Origin: an uncultured Clostridia bacterium
Lineage (GTDB): Bacteria > Bacillota > Clostridia > Christensenellales > CAG-917
Direction of reading: 5' to 3'
Length of the DNA stretch: 64,000 bases
Assembly (NCBI GenBank): GCA_963542015.1
Contig: CAUTUX010000006.1
Location: 1,471 to 65,470, forward strand
The notes under the pieces: model-generated
What the model was told of the DNA's origin: nothing
The model's input: the letters and a program-made list of their open reading frames with translations, nothing else
The model's database searches: none
Part shown: in pieces, positions 48,959-57,020 of the stretch
How positions within the stretch are numbered: position 1 is the stretch's first letter
Layout of the letters: every line of letters begins with the position of its first letter
Position numbers and translations under genes: made by a program

Positions 48959-50263
48959 ATGGATACGAATACAATATTAATGATAGTGCTGGTAATAGTA
49001 GTTATATTATTAATAGGAGTTTCAGCAGGGTTTGCTATTTCTATTGCAAAAAAGAAAAACAAAGACAACACTACAGAGTCACAAGAACAGACACAAAAAA
49101 TACTTGATGCTCTAAAAGCACAACAGGATATAGAGTCAGTAAAACTTAAGGCTAATCATGATCAAATAAATAGTGAACTTAAAGAAATAACAGATATTGG
49201 AAGACGCACCCAAGAGACATTAATGAAAGAGCTTGAAACAAGACTCGATAAAATGAATGCACAGATGTATAACAATCAGGAAAAGAACATAAGAGAGACT
49301 GCAGAAATAAAGCAAATGGTTGAAGAAAAAATGCATACATCAATTAGCAACAACTTCGATAAAGCATTTAAACCAGTTGCAGATCAAATAGATAAAGTTA
49401 AGCAACAAATTAGTGAATTAAATACATTAAATGATGGAGTTAAAAAAATACAGGGAATATTTAGCAATGTTAAAACAGCTGGGATATTAGGCGAAATAAT
49501 GCTTGAGAATATACTTAAAAATGTTTTGCCATCTAATCTCGTATATAGTCAGTATCCAATCAAGACAGGCAAGGTAGACTATGCGATCAAGATAACACCA
49601 GATAATAGTAATGTAGTATTACCAATAGACTCTAAATTTCCATCAGCCAAATATAATGAGTATTCTGAGGCACTATCTAGTTGCGATAAAAATATAATCG
49701 AACAAAAGCGTAAAAATATAATTCAGGAGATTAAAGAAGAAGCAAAGTCAATAAGTAATAAGTACATTAATCCGCCAGAAACCACACCGCACGCAATCAT
49801 GTATTTGCCAACCGAAGGAATATTTGCACTGATAGTGCAAGATACAGATTTGTTAGCATATTTATATAAGGAATTAAATATCATACCAGCTGGTCCTACG
49901 ACTATTATCGCCATTTTGCAAGCATTGATGGCAACATACAGGACAGCACAGATTTCAGGACAAGTGCATAAAGTAGTTGAAGAAATTAAGGGATTTAAGC
50001 ACGACCTAGTTAAGTTTTTAGATGAAGTAGTGAGTGTTAAAAAAACTATGGGTAAAGCCCAAGAAGGAATTAGGAAAATAGAAAATGCTGCAAATAGGAT
50101 AAACAGTAGTTTAGATAATTATGAACTGGGGATAACTGATAGCAATGATAAACAAGAAAGCATACAAAATAATAGTTCAAACAATGAACAACTAGTAGCA
50201 CCAAAAAAGTCAGCATCAGTAGATCTTGATATATTTATCTCATCTGATGAAATAATACTTTAA
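48959..50263 (+). CDS. rmuC: DNA recombination protein RmuC
   Basis: 434 aa with an N-terminal TM segment, a long coiled coil, and a RmuC nuclease-like core (GILGEIMLENIL ... VDYAIKI ... LPIDSKFP ... MYLPTEG). Confidence 0.85.
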   Translation: MDTNTILMIVLVIVVILLIGVSAGFAISIAKKKNKDNTTESQEQTQKILDALKAQQDIESVKLKANHDQINSELKEITDIGRRTQETLMKELETRLDKMNAQMYNNQEKNIRETAEIKQMVEEKMHTSISNNFDKAFKPVADQIDKVKQQISELNTLNDGVKKIQGIFSNVKTAGILGEIMLENILKNVLPSNLVYSQYPIKTGKVDYAIKITPDNSNVVLPIDSKFPSAKYNEYSEALSSCDKNIIEQKRKNIIQEIKEEAKSISNKYINPPETTPHAIMYLPTEGIFALIVQDTDLLAYLYKELNIIPAGPTTIIAILQALMATYRTAQISGQVHKVVEEIKGFKHDLVKFLDEVVSVKKTMGKAQEGIRKIENAANRINSSLDNYELGITDSNDKQESIQNNSSNNEQLVAPKKSASVDLDIFISSDEIIL

Positions 50264-50273
50264 AAACTATCTT

Positions 50274-52025
50274 TTATTTTTTATCTATAAAACTTTTCAG
50301 GTGTGCCAAATAGTTGTCACATGCATTCTGTGCTAAATTCATGTCACTTCTTTTTGCCGAGGCATATATTTTAAGTTTTGGTTCTGTACCGCTAGGACGT
50401 ATGCAAACCCAATCTTCATTTTCAAGAATTATCTTTATAACATTACTCTTAGGTAATTTTAATTTCTTTTTTTTGCCATTTACAAAAGCTGTGCCGAGTA
50501 GATAATCTTCCTTGCTCTTTACTTTAATAGAACCAATAGTTTCAAAATTGGTATCTCTTAGCAACTTCATTATGTCGTTCATTTTTTGCATTCCATCTAT
50601 TCCTGAGAAAGCAATTGAAATAGATTTTTCAATGTAGAATCCAAACTTTTCAAAAATAGTGTTTATGTAATCTGATATGCATATATTTTTGCTTTTTAAA
50701 TAGCACATCATTTCTGCAAACATCATTGCTGCAACGACAGCATCTTTATCTCTAGAATGAGTTCCGATAAGAGAACCATAACTTTCTTCAAAGCCAAATA
50801 TATATGTGAACTTGGAGTTTTTCTCCCATTCTTTTATTTTCTCGCCGATGAATTTAAAGCCTGTAAGAACATCAAAACAAGCGACATTATATGATTCAGC
50901 AATCTTGGCAGCCAAGTCAGTTGTAACTATAGTTTTAACAATTGCAGCATTAGTAGAAAGTTTTTTTGTATCATGTAGTCTTTCTAAAATGTATGAAACA
51001 AGTAAACAACCGATTTGATTGCCATTTAATAAAACGAATTCATCAGAATTGTTGCGTATAGCAATTCCCATTCTATCTGCATCGGGATCAGTTCCGATTA
51101 CAATATCGCTACCAACCTTTTTTGCCAGTTCAATTCCCATTTTCAAAGCATTTGGATCTTCTGGATTTGGAATAGGGACGGTGGAAAAATTTGGATCTGG
51201 AGTACACTGTTCAGGAACAGTATTAATCGAAATACCCATGCGTTCAAGGATAGTGGTAACAGGCATATAGCCAGTTCCATGGATTGGGGTATATACTACT
51301 TTAATGTCTTTACCATATTTTTGTATGCTTTCTTTTGATAAGCTTAGGTTTTCAATTTCATTAAAGTATTTATCATCAATATCTTTACCAATAATAGTTA
51401 TATAATCGTGAAGTATCTTTCCTTCTTGGTGTTTAATATCATCATGAGAAAAAAGTTCGTTGGGTAGAATAGGTAGCTCATGGAAGAATTTTGTTGAGTC
51501 GATATATTTCACAACTTTATTAGTTGATTCAAGCCCCATTTGAGCACCATCATCACCGTAAATTTTGTAACCGTTATATTGCTTAGGATTATGAGATGCA
51601 GTTATCATGATTCCAGCAAAAGCGTCTAATGTTCTAATTGCAAAGGAACAGAATGGAACAGGTCGTACATCTTCAAACAAAAAAACTTTGATTTTAAATT
51701 TAGCAAGAGTTAGAGCAGAGATAATTGCAAACTCTTTTGAAAATTTTCTAGTATCATATGAAATTACAACTCCACGATTCATAGCTTTTTTGCCTTTAGA
51801 AACAATGAATTTTGCAAGTCCAATAGTTGCTCTCTTGACAGTGTAGCCATTCATTCTATTAGGCCCTAAATCAATTACGCCACGCATACCAGCAGTGCCG
51901 AATGATAGAGGAGAGTAGAACATATCTTTAATTGACTCTTCGTCTAGAGCCTTAAGCATAGCAATGTCCGAGTCTGAAAGTTCACCAGAGTTTAGCCATT
52001 CATTGTGGTTTGTTTTGTAGTCCAT
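50274..52025 (-). CDS. pgcA: Phosphoglucomutase (alpha-D-phosphohexomutase family)
   Basis: 583 aa with the active-site loop ITASHNPKQYNGYK, metal loop GTDPDADR, and sugar loop GFEESYG. Confidence 0.9.
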   Translation of the reverse strand: MDYKTNHNEWLNSGELSDSDIAMLKALDEESIKDMFYSPLSFGTAGMRGVIDLGPNRMNGYTVKRATIGLAKFIVSKGKKAMNRGVVISYDTRKFSKEFAIISALTLAKFKIKVFLFEDVRPVPFCSFAIRTLDAFAGIMITASHNPKQYNGYKIYGDDGAQMGLESTNKVVKYIDSTKFFHELPILPNELFSHDDIKHQEGKILHDYITIIGKDIDDKYFNEIENLSLSKESIQKYGKDIKVVYTPIHGTGYMPVTTILERMGISINTVPEQCTPDPNFSTVPIPNPEDPNALKMGIELAKKVGSDIVIGTDPDADRMGIAIRNNSDEFVLLNGNQIGCLLVSYILERLHDTKKLSTNAAIVKTIVTTDLAAKIAESYNVACFDVLTGFKFIGEKIKEWEKNSKFTYIFGFEESYGSLIGTHSRDKDAVVAAMMFAEMMCYLKSKNICISDYINTIFEKFGFYIEKSISIAFSGIDGMQKMNDIMKLLRDTNFETIGSIKVKSKEDYLLGTAFVNGKKKKLKLPKSNVIKIILENEDWVCIRPSGTEPKLKIYASAKRSDMNLAQNACDNYLAHLKSFIDKK

Positions 52026-52095
52026 AAAAACCTCGCAGTTAATTTATGTTTTAATAATATCGCAAAATTGCTTAATGTTAAATACATAAAATAAA

Positions 52096-52117
52096 AACAG
52101 CACCTTGCGGTGCTGTT
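52096..52117 (-). terminator. Rho-independent terminator of the zinc-ribbon membrane protein gene
   Basis: On the minus strand, AACAGCACC-GCAA-GGTGCTGTT is followed by TTTTATTTT, directly after the stop at 52125. Confidence 0.8.
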
Positions 52118-52124
52118 CGAAAGC

Positions 52125-52952
52125 TTATTCTTCGCTTTCATCTCCCGGTCGCATGAAGATAAATCCACATAACATCTGGGCGAATCCAATAATAGGATAT
52201 GCTATATATATAAGTTTCTTTGTTCTAATTATTCCGTTTTCACCATTAAAGAATCCAGCCATTCCGCCAGGAACACTTAATGACTTAAACATTGGCCATA
52301 AGAGAACAGCAAGGGAAATAAGTCCAATAACTAATGAAAAAACCATAGGAAGTATTCTTGGATATTTCTTCGCAACTAAAGCCAAAATCATAAATACGAG
52401 GAGAACGGCAGATGTTACCATCATCAAGAAACCAAGCATGTCTGCTGTTCCGCCACCAGCATATTCATTAAAAATTTTTTGCACTCCATGGCTACCGTCA
52501 TTTTTAGATGCTTCTATAAGTTTAATAAAGAACCCTATAGGGTCGATGTCAAAGAAATATAAATTTACATCATTAGGGATGGCACCACCCCTTAATGCAT
52601 TTAACCCATATGCAATGAATGGCCATATAAAAAAGAATAGAGCAAAGAAAAACATTGCGAGGCTTTTTGAAATTTGCCCTTCTTCATATCTTCTATAATA
52701 ACGGTGTCTTTTTCTTCTTTTCTTTTCATCTTGATTAACCAAAACCAAACCGCTTTCATTGTTAGGGTTGACCAAATTATCAACATTGATTTCTTCTATT
52801 ACTTTTGGTGGTGGTTTAGGTATTTTAACACCAATTGCAATGCCACAATTAGGACACTGTAACCGATGTCTGTATCCATCAGGTAGAAATTCCGCATTCT
52901 CAGGTGGAGTAAAGACAATTTCTCTTCCACAACTAGGACATCGTGTGAACAT
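52125..52952 (-). CDS. Zinc-ribbon membrane protein of unknown function
   Basis: 275 aa. N-terminal CPSCG...CPNCG zinc ribbon, a strongly basic linker (KKRRKRHRYYRRY), then about 4 TM helices. It has its own terminator. The overlapping plus-strand ORF is judged spurious. Confidence 0.65.
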   Translation of the reverse strand: MFTRCPSCGREIVFTPPENAEFLPDGYRHRLQCPNCGIAIGVKIPKPPPKVIEEINVDNLVNPNNESGLVLVNQDEKKRRKRHRYYRRYEEGQISKSLAMFFFALFFFIWPFIAYGLNALRGGAIPNDVNLYFFDIDPIGFFIKLIEASKNDGSHGVQKIFNEYAGGGTADMLGFLMMVTSAVLLVFMILALVAKKYPRILPMVFSLVIGLISLAVLLWPMFKSLSVPGGMAGFFNGENGIIRTKKLIYIAYPIIGFAQMLCGFIFMRPGDESEE

Positions 52953-53425
52953 GTATTCTCCTTTTCTCTGTTTGAGATTAATAATAAAATTATAGCCACG
53001 GTATATTTAAAAAGCAATATAAATACCTTTTGAAAACATTGAGGGGTAACCCTTTGAGAAGAATTGTTGAAAAATAATGATAAAATCCACTAATTCTGCA
53101 GGGACTATCAAAATTAGATGAAGGAATAAAATCATCAAACCAATGCCTTTACGATGCGGTATGCACCAGTATAGTTATAGTTATTTTACTTTTTTGTATG
53201 ATAATAAATTAATTCCATATGTTGATAATTAATGTTAGAATCAGTTAAATTTTTAGATCAATGTTTTTGCATTCTGTTATTTATTGTAGTTATTATTCTT
53301 TTTAAAAATTTATATTTGCGATACTTTTTATGCAGTCAATATTTGTTTTTTTAACAATTGTGCTATAAAGAAATATGGGGATTATTTAGTATTTGTAAAA
53401 GAAACTACCACACAAAGAAGTTTTT

Positions 53426-53680
53426 TTGGCTTTCATCGGTGAGGACAATAGAGTATATATCTCGCCATTTGTTCTCAGCGACAAAGAAATCAAATATGCC
53501 GCGAGATTAAAACAAAGTTTCTATACTGTTAGAAAATCCAAAGCAAGATTTGCTGCGAAGAAATGTAATAATGGCTATGATCCGATTTTACACGAAACAA
53601 GTAAAAAAGGTTACTATGACCATTATCATATTTACAAAGTTAATGATAAGTCACATTTCTTCTTCGGATTTCCAAAATAG
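53426..53680 (+). CDS. Orphan small ORF (84 aa), His/Tyr-rich C-terminus; possibly a gene fragment
   Basis: TTG start with no SD, sitting after about 470 nt of AT-rich non-coding DNA. The C-terminal motif is GYYDHYHIYKVNDKSHFFFG. No family recognised. Confidence 0.25.
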   Translation: MAFIGEDNRVYISPFVLSDKEIKYAARLKQSFYTVRKSKARFAAKKCNNGYDPILHETSKKGYYDHYHIYKVNDKSHFFFGFPK

Positions 53681-53758
53681 AATGGTTTTAGTAGATAATC
53701 ATAAAGCGGAATTTTTAGTAGAAAAGATGTCGGCGGAAAATTTTAGCGGAGAAAACAT

Positions 53759-55069
53759 ATGTTGGATTTATCAAGTAAAGAGAATAAAAGTGTAGAAAAT
53801 AATAGAGGGAAGTGCTTTTCAATAGATAGAAAATATAGAAAAATCATTTCTAATAATCTTCTAATCATTAATAAGGATATGTTTCAAGGTAGTAATTTGA
53901 AATCAATTGTTATTCCAAGCAATGTAGAAGAAATTAAAAGAGAAGCATTTTATGAATGTTCAAGACTGGAAAATGTAACACTAAACGAAGGGTTGAAGAA
54001 AATTGGTAGTGAAGCATTTGTAGGAACAAAAATCAAAAGCATAACAATTCCATCAACTGTTGAGGAAATTGGTGGTGGGGCTTTTGTGGATATAGAAGTA
54101 AGTGTTGCTGATGGTAATAAGAGATATGAGGTAATAGATAATTGCTTAATTGAAAAAGATACGAAGAGACTAGTTTCTGGAAATGTAAATTCAGTTATAC
54201 CATTTGGAATTAAAGAAATTGATAGAGGGGCATTTTATAAAAGCAAAATTGAGTCGCTTGAAATTCCAGGTAGTATTGAAAGAATAGAAGAGGCGACATT
54301 TATATATTGCTCTAAACTAAAAACAGTAGTCTTGAATGAAGGGCTAAAGGAAATATGTGAATCGGCATTTGAAGGAACAAAAATAGAATCTATTGCGATT
54401 CCATCAACTGTTAGAAAAATACACGGCGATTCATTCAACAAGATTATTTTTGCAGTAGCAGAAGAGAATCCAAATTATGAAGTAATAGGGGATTGTCTGA
54501 TTGAGAAAAAAACAAAAAAAATAATTTCAGTTGGGAAAACAGGGATAGTTCCAAGGGATTTTAAGGGAATAGGGTTAAATGCATTTTTTTATAGTGAGAT
54601 AGAAGCACTAGAAATTCTAAGCACAGTTGAGAAGATTGATGGTGGGGCATTGTATGGTGCTTATAAACTGAAGTCAATTATTTGTAATGATGGACTAAAA
54701 GAAATAGGAGATTCATCATTTGCTTCTACGAAAATTAAGAATATGTCATTGCCACGTACAGTAGAAAAAATTTGTGAATGTGCATTTATGGATTGTTCAA
54801 ACTTGCGTACTATAAATTTAAACTCAGGATTGAAGAGTATAGGTCCAACAGCTTTTGACCATACAAAAATTAGTAAAGTAGTAATTCCAGATAGCGTAGA
54901 GAAGATGGATGAATTTGTATTTTCAAATTGCAAGAGGCTAAAAAAGATATATTGCGTCGCTGAGTCAAAACCGAATGGATGGTCTGATGAGTGGGATAAC
55001 AAAAGTTTTGATAATGACAAAAAGCATAAAGTTGTTTGGGGATACACAGGTAAAACAATAACCAAGTAA
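53759..55069 (+). CDS. BspA-type leucine-rich repeat (LRR_5) protein
   Basis: 436 aa of tandem repeats of the form IPSxVExIgxxAFxxCxxLxxVxLNEGLKxIGxxAF. The C-terminal KPNGWSDEWDN tail is typical of this family. RBS GGAGAAAACAT precedes the ATG. No signal peptide is recognisable. Confidence 0.8.
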   Translation: MLDLSSKENKSVENNRGKCFSIDRKYRKIISNNLLIINKDMFQGSNLKSIVIPSNVEEIKREAFYECSRLENVTLNEGLKKIGSEAFVGTKIKSITIPSTVEEIGGGAFVDIEVSVADGNKRYEVIDNCLIEKDTKRLVSGNVNSVIPFGIKEIDRGAFYKSKIESLEIPGSIERIEEATFIYCSKLKTVVLNEGLKEICESAFEGTKIESIAIPSTVRKIHGDSFNKIIFAVAEENPNYEVIGDCLIEKKTKKIISVGKTGIVPRDFKGIGLNAFFYSEIEALEILSTVEKIDGGALYGAYKLKSIICNDGLKEIGDSSFASTKIKNMSLPRTVEKICECAFMDCSNLRTINLNSGLKSIGPTAFDHTKISKVVIPDSVEKMDEFVFSNCKRLKKIYCVAESKPNGWSDEWDNKSFDNDKKHKVVWGYTGKTITK

Positions 55070-55143
55070 AGTCCTGAGCCGATGTCCATATTTCATTTAT
55101 AACCATTTCATCGCATTCTAAGGTCTCTGCACTCACCGTTTAA

Positions 55144-55602
55144 TGTGCTCCCCATGTCAAGGACAATTAGTCATTTAAATTAATTAATTGATTGTTTATA
55201 CAAACAACCATCTTCCCCTAGGGGAAGTACGCCGAGCAGACTCTGATAATAAAGTTTTGGTGGCAATTTATTAAGTTTCCAAATGCACCTATCGTTGTTG
55301 TAATAATCAACCCAATCATTGATTATTTTCTTAATCTCAATAGGGTCGCACCCTTTAATTTTCTCAGAAATTTCATCTTTCATATGACCAAAAAATGATT
55401 CTTGCGGAGCATTGTCCCAGCAATTTCCACGGCGTGACATAGACCTTTGAATGTTCGTTGTTTCAAGCAATTGAATGTACTGATTTGATGTGTAGTGAAC
55501 ACCTTGATCCGTGTGTAAAACCTGACTTTTAAAAAAGTTCTCAACCGTAGAAAAAAATGCACCGAAATAAACAATATGCACATTATGGAAATCAGTATTC
55601 AA
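55144..55602 (-). mobile_element. Truncated IS3-family (IS150-like) element: 3' part of the transposase plus one terminal inverted repeat
   Basis: The ORF keeps only the C-terminal part of the DDE/rve core (VLHTDQGVHYTS ... QRSMSRRGNCWDNAPQESFFGHMKDE ... YYNNDR). The terminal sequence TGTGCTCCCCATGTCAAGGACAAT at 55144-55167 resembles IS150-group IRs starting with TG. The orfA and the N-terminal part of orfB are absent. Confidence 0.75.
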
Positions 55603-55730
55603 TTCATAAAATGTGAAAAAAATGCACCCAAAGCAATAAAAGTTTAGCTATAAACATGCAACAGTATAAAAACATAATGAGTATTCTAATCGATTGAAAT
55701 TTTCTTACAATTTGTTGTTCAAAAAATAAA

Positions 55731-57020
55731 TTGAGCCCGTTAGATATATCGAAAATTGTTGACAGCTTTAAATCGAGTGGGTTAGAATGTGGTTACTATA
55801 TGGGGATCAAATCGTATAACGGCGAACTTGATCATTCAGCAAAATATTATCCGATAATTTCAAGAAAAGATGCTCAAAGTATATTTTGTGTTGAGGCAAG
55901 ATTGTCAAAAGACATCAATGTTAATTTAATGCAGAAAGCATTGGATGAAACACTTAGATTTTATCCAACTTTTTCTGTTGAGTTAAAACGAGGATATGCA
56001 TGGCACAGATTTGCATATAATAGTAGACAGTTAAAAATTTCTGATTATACAAGTAGGATAATGATACCAATTCTTCCTAAAGTTAATAACAAACACTTAA
56101 TGAGAGTTAGTGTTAGTGAGAAGATTGTGAGATTAGAAATATTTCATGGGGTTTGTGATGCAAATGTAGGTTTTGAATTCCTTACGGCACTAATCGAAAA
56201 ATACAATTCATTAATAGAAGATAAACCATATGAGCATAATATTCTAAACAAATCCGAACATTATGAAAACTCATTTGCTACAAAATCAAATAAAGATAAA
56301 CTTGACATGCCGTTAACCTCACTGCTTGAAAAAAATGTTGCGACAATTAAAGGTGAATATATTAAGGGACTTGGAGCAGAACAGTATATTAAGAGTTTCC
56401 CAATGGAATCGTTAACTAAGTATGCAAAGAAACACAAAGTCTCCATATCTGCGGTAATTGTTGGAATATTGGTAAAGGCATCGTTAAAGTGTATAGATGA
56501 CAACAGTAAAAAAATAGTTATAATGTTGCCAGTTGATTTGAGAAGACTTTTCCCATCGGCATCAAAGAGAAATTTCGTGAGTTTTGTAAGATTGAGATTT
56601 GAAAATAGAGATACTGGATTAGACACTCTTATAGAACAGGCAAACGAAAAAATAAAGTTTCAAGTTACAAAAGAGTATTTTCAGAAATTCATAAATCTTT
56701 CACACAGAACTGCAACAGGTATATTGAAAATAATCCCATTATGGTTTAAGGAAATGATTATTAAACCAACAGTTAAGCATGCAAAGTCCAAACATACAGT
56801 AATTTTTAGCAATATTGGAAAAGTTGCTGATGTAAAAAGTGTTGATGAATATGTTCTTAATTTGAATATTTCAAAAAACAACCCTATTAATTTTGGCATG
56901 GTTTCAATTAATGGAAAGACAACTTTGAGTGCAACATCAAAAATTAAAAATATTGAGCTAATCAGTGAAGTATTTAAAATATTAGATAAAACATTAAATG
57001 AGGAAGAACATGATGATTAA
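55731..57020 (+). CDS. Condensation-domain-like / alcohol acyltransferase-like protein (HxxxD motif)
   Basis: 429 aa. The motif FHGVCDANVGFEFL fits the HxxxD(G) catalytic motif of the condensation/WS-DGAT/AATase superfamily. The start is uncertain: TTG at 55731, or ATG at 55800. Confidence 0.5.
   Translation: MSPLDISKIVDSFKSSGLECGYYMGIKSYNGELDHSAKYYPIISRKDAQSIFCVEARLSKDINVNLMQKALDETLRFYPTFSVELKRGYAWHRFAYNSRQLKISDYTSRIMIPILPKVNNKHLMRVSVSEKIVRLEIFHGVCDANVGFEFLTALIEKYNSLIEDKPYEHNILNKSEHYENSFATKSNKDKLDMPLTSLLEKNVATIKGEYIKGLGAEQYIKSFPMESLTKYAKKHKVSISAVIVGILVKASLKCIDDNSKKIVIMLPVDLRRLFPSASKRNFVSFVRLRFENRDTGLDTLIEQANEKIKFQVTKEYFQKFINLSHRTATGILKIIPLWFKEMIIKPTVKHAKSKHTVIFSNIGKVADVKSVDEYVLNLNISKNNPINFGMVSINGKTTLSATSKIKNIELISEVFKILDKTLNEEEHDD

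Noticed and set aside
52105-52698. 197-aa plus-strand ORF overlapping the zinc-ribbon membrane protein gene
   Set aside because: The minus-strand frame has a zinc ribbon, clean TM helices and its own rho-independent terminator. The plus-strand product is Pro/Ile-rich with no features and runs through that terminator.
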